DNA of 59,966 bases from Chloroflexota bacterium. Its GTDB lineage: Bacteria; Chloroflexota; UBA11872. Every line of letters begins with the position of its first letter. The first letter of the stretch is position 1. Below the pieces are notes generated by a model that had not been told where the DNA came from, made no database searches, and was given only the letters and a program-made list of their open reading frames with translations. The translations under genes and the position numbers were made by a program. The stretch lies in contig DAOUIX010000186.1 in NCBI GenBank assembly GCA_034423235.1, positions 1 through 59,966 on the forward strand. The letters run 5' to 3'. Below are positions 28,830 through 38,223 of the stretch, piece after piece.

Positions 28830-30008
28830 TCAGGCGTCGGGCAGCGCGGCAAGTCCGGGCAGTTCGCGGCCTTCCAGGAACTCCAGCGTCGCACCGCCGC
28901 CGGTGCTGAGGTGGCCCATCCGATCCGCCACGCCCGCGGCCTGTACCGCCGCCAGCGCATCGCCTCCCGCTACCACCACAAAGGCCGGCGCATCCGCCAG
29001 CCCACGCGCAACGGCCAGCGTGCCCTGGGCGAATGGCTCGTGTTCATACACGCCCAGGGGTCCGTTCCAAACGACGGTACGGGCACTCGCCAACTCGTCC
29101 AGGTAGGCGGCCGTCGTGGCGGGACCGATGTCCAGAGCCATCTGGTCCTCGGGAACCTGATCCGCGGGAGCGATAGTCGTGACGGCGGCGGCATCCACTT
29201 CCGATGCCGCGACCGCGTCCACCGGCAGCAGGATTCGACAGCCGGAAGCCGCGGCAGCCGCCCGCACGGCGGCGACAACCTCGGACTGACCTGGCTCCAC
29301 CAGCGAACGTCCAAGTGCGCCCCCCGTGTTGGCTAGAAACGTATTCGCAATGCCTCCGCCCAGCAGCAGCGCGCCGACCTGCGTCGCCAGGCGCCGCAGC
29401 ACGCCAATCTTGTCGGAGACCTTCGCTCCGCCCAGGACTGCCACGTAGGGACGGGCCGGACTGCGAGTCAAGCGGTCCAGGGCCTGAATCTCAGCGTGCA
29501 TCAGGGGTCCGGCACCCGCCGGTAGCAGCTGCGCGACGCCCACCGTGCTGGCATGGGCCCGGTGCGCCGTGCCAAAAGCATCGTTGACGTAAACGTCGGC
29601 CAATCTCGCCAACGCAGCCGCGTGCGAAGGGTCGTTTTGCTCCTCGCCTGGGTGGAAGCGCAGGTTCTCAAGGAGCAGCACCTCGCCGTCGTCCAGGCTC
29701 CGAGTCGGGGCTTCAACGGCGGCGCCAACGCTGTCCGTGGCAAGCGTCACGCGGCAGCCCAGCAGCTCGCCCAGGCGTTCGGCCACCGGCGCCAAGGAAA
29801 GGGCCGAATCCGGCTTGCCCTTCGGCCGACCTAAATGTGAGGCCACCACCAGGCGCGCGCCCCGCGCCCGCAGGCTGGCCAGCGTGGGCACGATGGCCCG
29901 GAGGCGGGTGTCGTCGCGAATCGTGCCACCCTTCAGCGGCACGTTGGCATCCACTCGCAGGAATACACGCCGGCCGCCGACCTCAAGGGTGTGACTCCCG
30001 CGTTTCAC
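28830..30008 (-). CDS. pgk: Phosphoglycerate kinase
   Basis: RVDANVPL, SHLGRPKG, LLENLRF, NDAFGTAHRAHAS, GGAKVSDKI, STGGGATLEFLEG. Confidence 0.97.
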   Translation of the reverse strand: MKRGSHTLEVGGRRVFLRVDANVPLKGGTIRDDTRLRAIVPTLASLRARGARLVVASHLGRPKGKPDSALSLAPVAERLGELLGCRVTLATDSVGAAVEAPTRSLDDGEVLLLENLRFHPGEEQNDPSHAAALARLADVYVNDAFGTAHRAHASTVGVAQLLPAGAGPLMHAEIQALDRLTRSPARPYVAVLGGAKVSDKIGVLRRLATQVGALLLGGGIANTFLANTGGALGRSLVEPGQSEVVAAVRAAAAASGCRILLPVDAVAASEVDAAAVTTIAPADQVPEDQMALDIGPATTAAYLDELASARTVVWNGPLGVYEHEPFAQGTLAVARGLADAPAFVVVAGGDALAAVQAAGVADRMGHLSTGGGATLEFLEGRELPGLAALPDA

Positions 30009-30101
30009 TGCACGGCTTCCCGGGAGGCGTCCCCGTGCCTAGACCAAAAGACCAGGCGCCGACTCCGCGCGAACGACATTCGAGTCGCGCGCGGTGGCAA
30101 A

Positions 30102-30117
30102 TGTTTCACGTGAAACA
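30102..30117. promoter_or_regulatory. parS: parS centromere site
   Basis: TGTTTCACGTGAAACA, exact match to the canonical ParB/Spo0J consensus; intergenic between gap and pgk. Confidence 0.9.
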
Positions 30118-30136
30118 TCGGCCGTGGTTGGTCGGC

Positions 30137-31156
30137 TCAGACCTGCGCCGGCGCTCCGACGCGCTCGCCGATGGTCATGGCCGCGTCGCCGATCCGGCAG
30201 GCGTAGCCCCACTCGTTGTCGTACCAGGCCGCGACCTTCACCAGGTCGCCGCCGATGACCATGGTCGAGCTGGCGTCGACGATCGAGGAGCGGGTGTCGC
30301 CCTTGAGATCAATCGAGACCAGCGGCTCGTCCGACACGCCCAAAATGCCGTCCAACCGGCCGGCCGCCGCGGCACGCAGCGCGTCCGTAACCTCACCTTC
30401 GCCAGCCGGACGCTCCAGGTGCGCAACAAACTCGACGATCGAGACCGTCGAGACCGGAACCCGATACGCCGCGCCATGCATGCGCCCATCGAGCTCCGGG
30501 ATCGCCAGTCCGATCGCGCGGGCCGCGCCAGTGCTGGCCGGCACGATGCTCATCGCGCTGGCTCGCGCTTCGCGCAAATCGCTGATGGCGGTGTCCACCA
30601 GGCTTTGCGAGGACGTATAGGCATGAATAGTGGACATCAGCCCCTTGCGCACCCCGAACTCGCGGTGAACGACGTCCAGCGGCGGCGCCAGGCCGTTGGT
30701 GGTGCAGGAGGCGTTGCTGACGACGTAATGGTTGGCGGGGTCGAACTGATCGTCGTTAACGCCCAGGACCACGGTGAGGTCGGCATCGCTGGACGGCGCG
30801 GAAATCAGGACGCGCCCCGCCCCGCCGTCCAGGTGCGCCGCGGCCCGGGCGCGCTCGGTGCCCACGCCGGTCGACTCCACGACGAGATCGGCGCCCAAGT
30901 CACCCCAGGGCATCGTGGACCAGTCGCGCACGGAGTAATACGGGATCGGCGTCCCGCCCACGACGAGCCCGCTGGCCGTGGCTTCCACGCTTTGACCGAA
31001 GCGGCCGTAGTTGCTGTCGTATTGCAGGAGGTGCGCGGAGGCGCGCAACTCGGCGAGGTCGTTGATACCGACGACTTCGGCCTGGGGATGGCGCTCCAAG
31101 AGCGCCCGCAAGGCCAGGCGGCCGATCCGGCCAAACCCGTTGATTCCAATTCGCAC
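30137..31156 (-). CDS. gap: Type I glyceraldehyde-3-phosphate dehydrogenase
   Basis: GINGFGRIGR, SNASCTTN, STGAA, WYDNEWGY; GTG 31156 with RBS GAGGAG. Confidence 0.95.
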   Translation of the reverse strand: MRIGINGFGRIGRLALRALLERHPQAEVVGINDLAELRASAHLLQYDSNYGRFGQSVEATASGLVVGGTPIPYYSVRDWSTMPWGDLGADLVVESTGVGTERARAAAHLDGGAGRVLISAPSSDADLTVVLGVNDDQFDPANHYVVSNASCTTNGLAPPLDVVHREFGVRKGLMSTIHAYTSSQSLVDTAISDLREARASAMSIVPASTGAARAIGLAIPELDGRMHGAAYRVPVSTVSIVEFVAHLERPAGEGEVTDALRAAAAGRLDGILGVSDEPLVSIDLKGDTRSSIVDASSTMVIGGDLVKVAAWYDNEWGYACRIGDAAMTIGERVGAPAQV

Positions 31157-31510
31157 GATGCTACTCCTCGGTGTCACAGCGCAGGGAATGACTGGCCGCC
31201 GTGGCCGGTCCGACGGCTTCCGATCACCTTCGACATTGCGACATCAGCGGTGGCCGCAACTGGCCCTCGCCGCGCGCGGGCGGAGTTTCGGGACGACGCA
31301 GCCGGGCGCTGATATTACGCGACAGATAACTGGAATGAGCGGCGACACCGCCGTTCCAACCAGTTCGTGAGCATTCGTTTCAATGCGGCCAAGGCTGCGT
31401 GGCCTAAACTTCCACCAAGCTGGGCGTGCGGTGGGCAGCCGCTGAATCCGCGGACTGGAGCGTGCGACGGATGAACGCTCCGGTGGCCGCGCCCCTGCCG
31501 ACGTGAGCCG

Positions 31511-32371
31511 ATGACCACCACGTCCCCGCCCGCGTCCGTACCCTCCCTGGCTGCGGTCATGCAGCGTGCGGGTGGAGAGAATTTTCCCGTGGCGTCGCGG
31601 CTGCTGCCGGGCCAGCTGCGTCGACACCTCCACAACATCTACGGCTTCGCCCGCCTGACCGATCAGTTGGGCGACTACGCCGAAGGCGACCGGCTGGCGT
31701 TGCTGGACTGGCTGGATGGCGAAGTCGATGCCGTCTACAACGGCGGCCTGCCCAGTCACGACGTGATGCGGCGCATTGTTCCGACGGTGGCGCGCTATTC
31801 GATCCCGGAAGCGCCGTTCCGGGCACTCATCAACGCAAATCGACAGGACCAGCGGGTCAGCCGCTACGCCACGTTCGACGACCTGGTCGCCTACTGCGAA
31901 CTCTCCGCCAATCCAGTCGGCCACCTGGTGCTCTACGTCTTTGAGGCGGCCACGCCGGAACGGTTCTGGCTCTCGGACCTGATCTGCACGGCCCTGCAAC
32001 TGACCGAGCACTGGCAGGACGTGGCCGAGGACTTGGAAATGGACCGCGTCTATCTACCCCAGGAGGACCTGGACCGCTTCAACTGCTCGGTTGACGTGAT
32101 CGCCGAACGCCGGCCCTCAAGCGAGTTTCGGCAGTTGATGCAGTTCGAGGTCGACCGCGCGTGGGGCCTTTTCGATCGGGGCGCGACGCTGGTGCGGACC
32201 CTTCCCGGCGTGCGCGGCATGGCCATCGCGGCGTTCATCGAAGGCGGACGCGCCGCCCTGCAGGCGATTCGCGAGGCGGACTACGACGTCCTCACGCAGT
32301 CGCCGCGTCCCCATGCACGGGCCAGAGTCCTGGCGGCGCTGCGCGTCATGCGTATCGCGCTGGACTGGTAG
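31511..32371 (+). CDS. hpnC: Squalene synthase HpnC
   Basis: ENFPVASRLL, IYGFARLTDQLGD, YCELSANPVGHLVL, HWQDVAED. Confidence 0.92.
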   Translation: MTTTSPPASVPSLAAVMQRAGGENFPVASRLLPGQLRRHLHNIYGFARLTDQLGDYAEGDRLALLDWLDGEVDAVYNGGLPSHDVMRRIVPTVARYSIPEAPFRALINANRQDQRVSRYATFDDLVAYCELSANPVGHLVLYVFEAATPERFWLSDLICTALQLTEHWQDVAEDLEMDRVYLPQEDLDRFNCSVDVIAERRPSSEFRQLMQFEVDRAWGLFDRGATLVRTLPGVRGMAIAAFIEGGRAALQAIREADYDVLTQSPRPHARARVLAALRVMRIALDW

Positions 32372-32374
32372 CCG

Positions 32375-33211
32375 ATGGACCCGGCCGCGGCCTACGCCCA
32401 CTGCGAACACATCACGCGCACGCAGGCCGGCAATTTCTACTGGGGCATCCGCCTCCTGCCGGGGCCGAAGCGACGGGCGCTCTGCGCGGTCTACGCTCTG
32501 GCGCGTGCGATCGACGACATCGGCGACGGCAACCTGCCCACCGAGACCAAGGCGAGGGCGCTGTGCGAGGCGCGAGAACGGCTGGGGGAGATCGGCCCGG
32601 ATGTCGACGAGCCGGTGCTGGCTGCGTTGGGGCACGCGTCCCAGCGGCTGCCGATTCCGATGGCTGCCTTTGGCGAACTTATCGACGGCGTCGAGATGGA
32701 CGTGCGGGGCACGACCTATGAGACGTTCGACGACTTGGTGGTGTATTGCCGCCGGGTGGCAGGCACCATCGGCCGACTCTCGCTGGGCGTGTTCGGCGCC
32801 GAGAACTTGGAACGCGCCGCGCCGCTGGCCGACGCCCTGGGTGTGGCGCTGCAACTCACCAACATCCTGAGGGACGTTCGGGAAGACTTTCGGAACGGTC
32901 GTATCTATCTGCCGCGGGAGGATCTTGAGCGTTTTGATTGCACGTTGGACCCTGACAGTCCCCAGGCTCCGAGATTCCCGGAGATGATGCGCTTCCAGAC
33001 AAGCCGCGCCGCCGAGTGGTTCGACGAGGGCCTGCGGCTGCGGCCAATGCTGGATCCGCGCAGTTCCGCCTGCGCCGGAGCGATGGCGGGCATCTACCGT
33101 CGCGTGCTTCAACGCATTGAGCAGGACCCCGCCGCCGTGATGCAAGGACGCGTGGCGCTGCCGGCCTGGGAGAAGGCGTTGGTCGCCGCAAAGAGCCTGG
33201 CGGGCGGGTGA
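32375..33211 (+). CDS. hpnD: Presqualene diphosphate synthase HpnD
   Basis: NFYWGIRLLP, ARAIDDIGD, LQLTNILRDVRED..GRIYLP. Confidence 0.92.
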   Translation: MDPAAAYAHCEHITRTQAGNFYWGIRLLPGPKRRALCAVYALARAIDDIGDGNLPTETKARALCEARERLGEIGPDVDEPVLAALGHASQRLPIPMAAFGELIDGVEMDVRGTTYETFDDLVVYCRRVAGTIGRLSLGVFGAENLERAAPLADALGVALQLTNILRDVREDFRNGRIYLPREDLERFDCTLDPDSPQAPRFPEMMRFQTSRAAEWFDEGLRLRPMLDPRSSACAGAMAGIYRRVLQRIEQDPAAVMQGRVALPAWEKALVAAKSLAGG

Positions 33212-34560
33212 GCGGCCCGCGGGTCGTGGTAGCTGGCGGTGGGCTGGCCGGAATCAGCGCGGCCCTTGCGCTGGCGGACGCGGGATTGTCGGTCACCCTG
33301 CTGGAAGCGCGCGGACGCCTGGGAGGGGCAACCTACTCGTTTCAGCGAGACGGGTTCTGGCTCGACAACGGCCAGCACGTTTTTTTGCGCTGTTGCACGG
33401 CCTATCGAGCGTTCATCAAGCGCATCGGATCCGGCGACCTGGTGACCCTGCAGCGACGGCTGGACATCCCCGTGATCCACCCCGACCGTGGTACCAGCCG
33501 GCTGGCTCGCTCGGGCCTGCCGGCACCTCTGCATTTGGGGCCGAGCCTTGCCGCCTACCGCCACCTGAGCCGCCTGGACAAGCTGCACGTCGCGCGTACG
33601 GCTGTGGCGCTGGGGAGGCTCGACCTCGGCGACCGAAGCCTCGACGAGCAGACGTTCGGTCACTGGCTGCGTCAACGCGGTGCGACGTCGCGGTCGCTGG
33701 AAGCGCTCTGGGACCTGATCGTGCTGCCAACCCTCAACCTGCCGTCCGACGAGGCTTCGCTCTGGCTCGGCGCCATGGTGTTTCAGGTCGGGCTGCTGAC
33801 CGACGGCCCCGCCGCGGATCTCGGTTACACAACCGTTCCGCTTGGCCAGGCGCACGGCGACCGAGCAGCCGCCGCCCTCATCGCATCGAAGGTCGATGTG
33901 CATCTCGACTCTGCGGTTTCCGCCATCGAGCTATCGGAGGATGCCCGTGTCCACGTGCGAGTGGGGGGGCGGTGCATTGCGGCGGCGGCCCTGGTCCTGG
34001 CCGTGCCGCACGAGCAGGCCGCCCGACTCGTCCCGGCGAAGGTTCATGCAGAATCCAAGTCCTTCGCGGACCTGGGGCACAGCCCGATTGTGAACTTGCA
34101 CGTGATCTACGACCGGCGGGTCATGGATCACCCATTCGCCGCCGGCGTGGACACGCGGGTGCAGTGGGTGTTTGACCGCAGCGCCGCGGCGGGCTTGACT
34201 ATGGGCCAGTGTCTGGCCGTTTCGCTTTCGGGCGCCACGGCATATGCCGCGCGCCCGACCGAGGAGTTGCGCGCGATGTTCCTTCCCGAACTCGCGCGGC
34301 TGTTCCCTCGAGCCGCCGAAGCGCGCGTGAGCGCGTTCTATGTCACGCGAGAGCCCCGGGCGACCTTTCGGCCCGTGCCCGGCACGTTGCGGGTGCGGCC
34401 GCGCGCCACGACTGCCGACCCGCGCATTACGTTGGCCGGCGCCTGGACCGACACTGGCTGGCCGGCCACGATGGAAGGGGCCGTCCGCAGCGGCCGCCGG
34501 GCGGCCCGCAGCACACTCCTGGCCCTGGGCCGTGAACGGGGCCTGCCGACGGCCGCATGA
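33208..34560 (+). CDS. hpnE: Hydroxysqualene dehydroxylase HpnE (FAD)
   Basis: VVVAGGGLAG, DNGQHVFLRC, AGAWTDTGWPATMEGAVRSG. Confidence 0.93.
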   Translation: MSGPRVVVAGGGLAGISAALALADAGLSVTLLEARGRLGGATYSFQRDGFWLDNGQHVFLRCCTAYRAFIKRIGSGDLVTLQRRLDIPVIHPDRGTSRLARSGLPAPLHLGPSLAAYRHLSRLDKLHVARTAVALGRLDLGDRSLDEQTFGHWLRQRGATSRSLEALWDLIVLPTLNLPSDEASLWLGAMVFQVGLLTDGPAADLGYTTVPLGQAHGDRAAAALIASKVDVHLDSAVSAIELSEDARVHVRVGGRCIAAAALVLAVPHEQAARLVPAKVHAESKSFADLGHSPIVNLHVIYDRRVMDHPFAAGVDTRVQWVFDRSAAAGLTMGQCLAVSLSGATAYAARPTEELRAMFLPELARLFPRAAEARVSAFYVTREPRATFRPVPGTLRVRPRATTADPRITLAGAWTDTGWPATMEGAVRSGRRAARSTLLALGRERGLPTAA

Positions 34561-36452
34561 GCGTCGAAGTCTCCGCGCGGCCTAGCGCCCTATCCAACGC
34601 CATTGAGCGGGCGCGACGCTACCTGCTGGGCCTGCAAAGCCCCGAGGGCTGGTGGAAAGGCGAGCTGGAAAGCAACGTCACCATCGAGGCGGAGGATCTC
34701 TTCCTGCGGCGCTACCTGGGCATCCTGGACACCGGCACGACCGAGCGGACCGCGCGTTGGATTCGCACGCGTCGACAGGCGGACGGGACCTGGGCCAACT
34801 TCCATGGCGGTCCGCCAGACCTTCATACGACGACCGAGGCCTACGTGGCACTGCGGTTGGCCGGCGATCAGCCCGACGATGCGCATATGCGGCAGACGGC
34901 GGCCTGGATCCGGCAGCAGGGCGGCGTGGAGGCGACCCGCACCTTTACCCGCTTCTGGTTTGCGCTGAACGGTTGGTGGTCCTGGGACGACGTACCGGCC
35001 ATGCCACCCGAGGTCATGCTGCTCCCGCCCTGGTGGCCGCTGAACATCTACGACTTCGCCTGCTGGGCGCGGCAGACATACGTGGCGTTGACGATTGTCC
35101 GCTCCCACGAGCCCGTGTGCCCCGCGCCGTTTCCGATCGACGAACTACGTACGCATCGCATGCCCCCCTTGGATCTATCGCTCCTGACCTGGACGGGGGT
35201 CTTCAACCATGTCGACCGATTGCTCCGGTGGTACCAGAAGCGTCCAATTGGCTGGTTGCGCAAGGTGGCGCTGAGCCGCGCCGAAGCCTGGATTGTGCGG
35301 CGACAGGAGCGTGACGGTTCCTGGGGCGGCATCCAGCCAGCGTGGGTCAACTCGATCATTGCGCTGACCCTGCGCGGCTATCCGCTGGATCACCCGATGA
35401 TCGCGCGGGCCCTGGATGGACTTGACACTTTCACCATTGACGACGGACATACGCGTCGCCTGGAAGCCTGCCAGTCGCCGGTGTGGGACACCGCGATGGC
35501 CATCGAGGCGCTCAGCGACTCCGGCACGCCAGGGGACGATGCCCGGCTGATTCAAGCGGCGGACTGGCTGCTGGACCAGGAAGTGCACGTGAAAGGCGAC
35601 TGGAGTGTCCGGCGGCCCCATCTTGCGCCCGCAGGCTGGGCCTTCGAGTTTGCCAACGACAACTATCCCGACGTCGACGACACAGCCGAAGTTGGGCTGG
35701 CGCTGCGGCGGGTCGACCATCCCGATCCCGACCGTGTCGACGCCGCGCTGGTCCGCGCACGGGGATGGCTGGAGGGCATGCAGTCGCGCAACGGCGGCTG
35801 GGGCGCTTTCGACGCCGATAACACCAATACGCTGTGCCGCCAACCGTCCTTCCGCGACTTCGGCGAGGTCATCGACCCGCCGGCGGCGGACGTGTCCGCG
35901 CGTGCCCTGCACTTCCTGGCGCAAGAGGACGCCCTGGCTACCGAAACGGCGCGACGCGGACTGGCCTGGGTGCGAGCCGAGCAGGAAACTGACGGCTCGT
36001 GGTTCGGCCGCTGGGGCGCCAACCACATCTACGGGCTAAGCGTCGTGGTTCCCGCCCTGGTCGCCGCCGGCACGCCGACGAGCGATCCCGCGCTGCGACG
36101 GGCCGTAGCCTGGCTGGAAGCTCACCAAAACGCCGATGGCGGCTGGGGCGAGGACCTGCGCTCCTACGAAGACCCCGCCTGGATCGGTCGCGGCGCCAGC
36201 ACCGCCTCCCAGACGGCCTGGGCCCTGCTGGCCCTGCTGGAGGCGGACGCCGAATCGCCGGCAATCCAACCCGGCGTTGACTACCTGATTCGCACCCAAC
36301 GCGAAGACGGAAACTGGGACGAAGACCTCTACACCGGCACCGGCTTCCCGGGCGCTTTCTACATCAACTATCACCTCTATCGCCTGCTGTTTCCGTTGAT
36401 GGCACTCGGGCGGTACGCCAGCAAAGCGGGGCGGGACGAGGACGGCATGTGA
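34557..36452 (+). CDS. shc: Squalene-hopene cyclase
   Basis: YPDVDDTA (DxDD), QW repeats (QERDGSWGG, QSRNGGWGAFD, QETDGSWFGRWG, QNADGGWGE), GTGFPGAFYINYHLY. Confidence 0.96.
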   Translation: MSVEVSARPSALSNAIERARRYLLGLQSPEGWWKGELESNVTIEAEDLFLRRYLGILDTGTTERTARWIRTRRQADGTWANFHGGPPDLHTTTEAYVALRLAGDQPDDAHMRQTAAWIRQQGGVEATRTFTRFWFALNGWWSWDDVPAMPPEVMLLPPWWPLNIYDFACWARQTYVALTIVRSHEPVCPAPFPIDELRTHRMPPLDLSLLTWTGVFNHVDRLLRWYQKRPIGWLRKVALSRAEAWIVRRQERDGSWGGIQPAWVNSIIALTLRGYPLDHPMIARALDGLDTFTIDDGHTRRLEACQSPVWDTAMAIEALSDSGTPGDDARLIQAADWLLDQEVHVKGDWSVRRPHLAPAGWAFEFANDNYPDVDDTAEVGLALRRVDHPDPDRVDAALVRARGWLEGMQSRNGGWGAFDADNTNTLCRQPSFRDFGEVIDPPAADVSARALHFLAQEDALATETARRGLAWVRAEQETDGSWFGRWGANHIYGLSVVVPALVAAGTPTSDPALRRAVAWLEAHQNADGGWGEDLRSYEDPAWIGRGASTASQTAWALLALLEADAESPAIQPGVDYLIRTQREDGNWDEDLYTGTGFPGAFYINYHLYRLLFPLMALGRYASKAGRDEDGM

Positions 36453-36539
36453 CGGCGGTAACGCCCCGGGAACAGCTGTTGAAAACACACTTGGCGCCCC
36501 TTGCGCCCGCGCAGTCTCAGCATTACCAGGGCCAAGAGA

Positions 36540-36564
36540 CATACCTGGGTATAATCAGAGTATG
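36540..36564 (+). promoter_or_regulatory. Candidate TA promoter/operator
   Basis: TATAAT at 36550-36555 overlapping inverted repeats ATACC-TG-GGTAT and CATAC...GTATG. Confidence 0.5.
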
Positions 36565-36798
36565 AAAACGGCCATTTCACTGCCGGACGAACTCTTCGAG
36601 GCGGCCGACGCGCTGGCCACGGAACTCGGCGTTTCTCGCAGCAAGCTGTATGCCACCGCCGTCGCCGAGTATCTCGACCGGCGCCGTGATGAACGCATCA
36701 CGGAACTGCTGGACGAGGTCTACCGTGAGCAGCCGAGTCAGTTGGCGCCCGAACTGCGCCGCATGCAGGGGCGCAGTCTCGCGGCTGACGAGTGGTAG
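36562..36798 (+). CDS. RHH antitoxin (MazE/ChpI-like)
   Basis: MKTAISLPDELFEAAD...LGVSRSKLYATAVAEYL; overlaps toxin start. Confidence 0.88.
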   Translation: MKTAISLPDELFEAADALATELGVSRSKLYATAVAEYLDRRRDERITELLDEVYREQPSQLAPELRRMQGRSLAADEW

Positions 36799-37136
36799 TC
36801 GAGCGGGGCGACATCTGGTGGGCCGACCTGGACGAGCCGCGAGGATCTGAGCCTGGGTTTCGACGTCCCGTGCTCATCGTGCAGGCCGAGGCATTCAACC
36901 GTAGCCGGCTGCAAACGGTTCTGGGGCTAGCGCTGACGACAAACCTGCGCCTCGCTGCCGCTCCAGGGAATGTCCTGCTTTCGGCGTCGGAATCCGGGCT
37001 CCCTCGACCTTCCGTGGTCAACGTGACGCAACTGATGACAGTGGACCGCGCCTTTCTCTCGGAAGCCGCTGGTCGGGTGCCACCCCGACTGATGGCGCGT
37101 ATTGACGACGGCCTACGTCTGGTTCTCGGCCTCTAG
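36792..37136 (+). CDS. mazF: PemK/MazF-family endoribonuclease toxin
   Basis: ERGDIWWADL...GSEPGFRRPVLIVQAEAFN...GLPRPSVVNVTQLMTVDR. Confidence 0.92.
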   Translation: MVVERGDIWWADLDEPRGSEPGFRRPVLIVQAEAFNRSRLQTVLGLALTTNLRLAAAPGNVLLSASESGLPRPSVVNVTQLMTVDRAFLSEAAGRVPPRLMARIDDGLRLVLGL

Positions 37137-37203
37137 GACTCTGGACGCCTGCGTACTCCCGTCGTAGGTTTGGCGGCCACCTCTCGAAGGTGAACGGTTT
37201 TTC

Positions 37204-38214
37204 ATGGGCGTTCCACTGCGTCAGAGCCTGACGGTGGGGTGGTACCTCTTCCGTCAGCGGCTGCAGGGGCGGGAGAAGTTTCCGCTGATTGTGGAACTGG
37301 AGCCGCTCTACGCCTGCAACCTGGCCTGCGAGGGCTGCGGCAAGATTCAGCACCCCACCGAGACGCTGCGTCGGCGCATGCCGGTGGAGCAGGCGCTGGC
37401 CGCGATCGAGGAGAGCGGCGCGCCGATGGTCTCCATCGCCGGCGGCGAACCGCTAATTCATCCCGAGATCGACCGCATCGCCGAGGAACTGGTGCGCCGG
37501 CACAAGTTCGTGTACCTGTGCACCAACGCCATCATGCTGGAGCAGAAGCTGCACCTGTTCACACCCTCGCCGTATTTTGCCTTCGCCATCCACCTGGACG
37601 GTCTGAAGGAACGACACGACCAGTCCGTGGCGCGCGACGGCGTGTTTGAGGTAGCTGTCGCCGCCATCAAGGCGGCGCAAAAAGCCGGATTTCGCGTCAC
37701 GACCAACACCACCTTCTTCACCCACGATTCCGCGCAGGACGTGCGGGCGGTGCTGGACTTCCTCAGCGACGAGCTGGAAGTCGACAGCATGATGATCTCG
37801 CCGGGCTACGCCTACGAGAAGGCGCCCGACCAGGACCACTTCCTGCCGGTCGATCGCACGCGCGCTGTCTTCCGCGAAGCCTTCGCTGAGGGGCGGCGCG
37901 ATCGCTGGCGCCTGAACCACAGCCCACTGTTTCTGGATTTCCTCGAGGGCAAGGTCGACTACCAATGCACCGCGTGGGGAATCCCCAGCTACTCGATCTT
38001 CGGCTGGCAGCGGCCCTGCTATCTGATGGCCGACGGTTACACGGAGTCGTACGCGGAGCTGCTGGAAACCACCGATTGGGACGCCTACGGCCGCGGCAAG
38101 GACCCGCGCTGCGCCAACTGCATGGCGCACTGCGGCTACGAGCCCACGGCGGTGCTGGACACCGCGTCGTCGGCCAAGGAGTCATTTCGCGCCTTGGCCG
38201 GCGCCCTACGCTAG
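37204..38214 (+). CDS. hpnH: Adenosyl-hopene transferase HpnH (radical SAM)
   Basis: LEPLYACNLACEGCGKI (CxxxCxxC), PGYAYEKAPDQDHFL, DPRCANCMAHCGYEPTAV. Confidence 0.95.
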   Translation: MGVPLRQSLTVGWYLFRQRLQGREKFPLIVELEPLYACNLACEGCGKIQHPTETLRRRMPVEQALAAIEESGAPMVSIAGGEPLIHPEIDRIAEELVRRHKFVYLCTNAIMLEQKLHLFTPSPYFAFAIHLDGLKERHDQSVARDGVFEVAVAAIKAAQKAGFRVTTNTTFFTHDSAQDVRAVLDFLSDELEVDSMMISPGYAYEKAPDQDHFLPVDRTRAVFREAFAEGRRDRWRLNHSPLFLDFLEGKVDYQCTAWGIPSYSIFGWQRPCYLMADGYTESYAELLETTDWDAYGRGKDPRCANCMAHCGYEPTAVLDTASSAKESFRALAGALR

Positions 38215-38223
38215 GGCGTCCGC

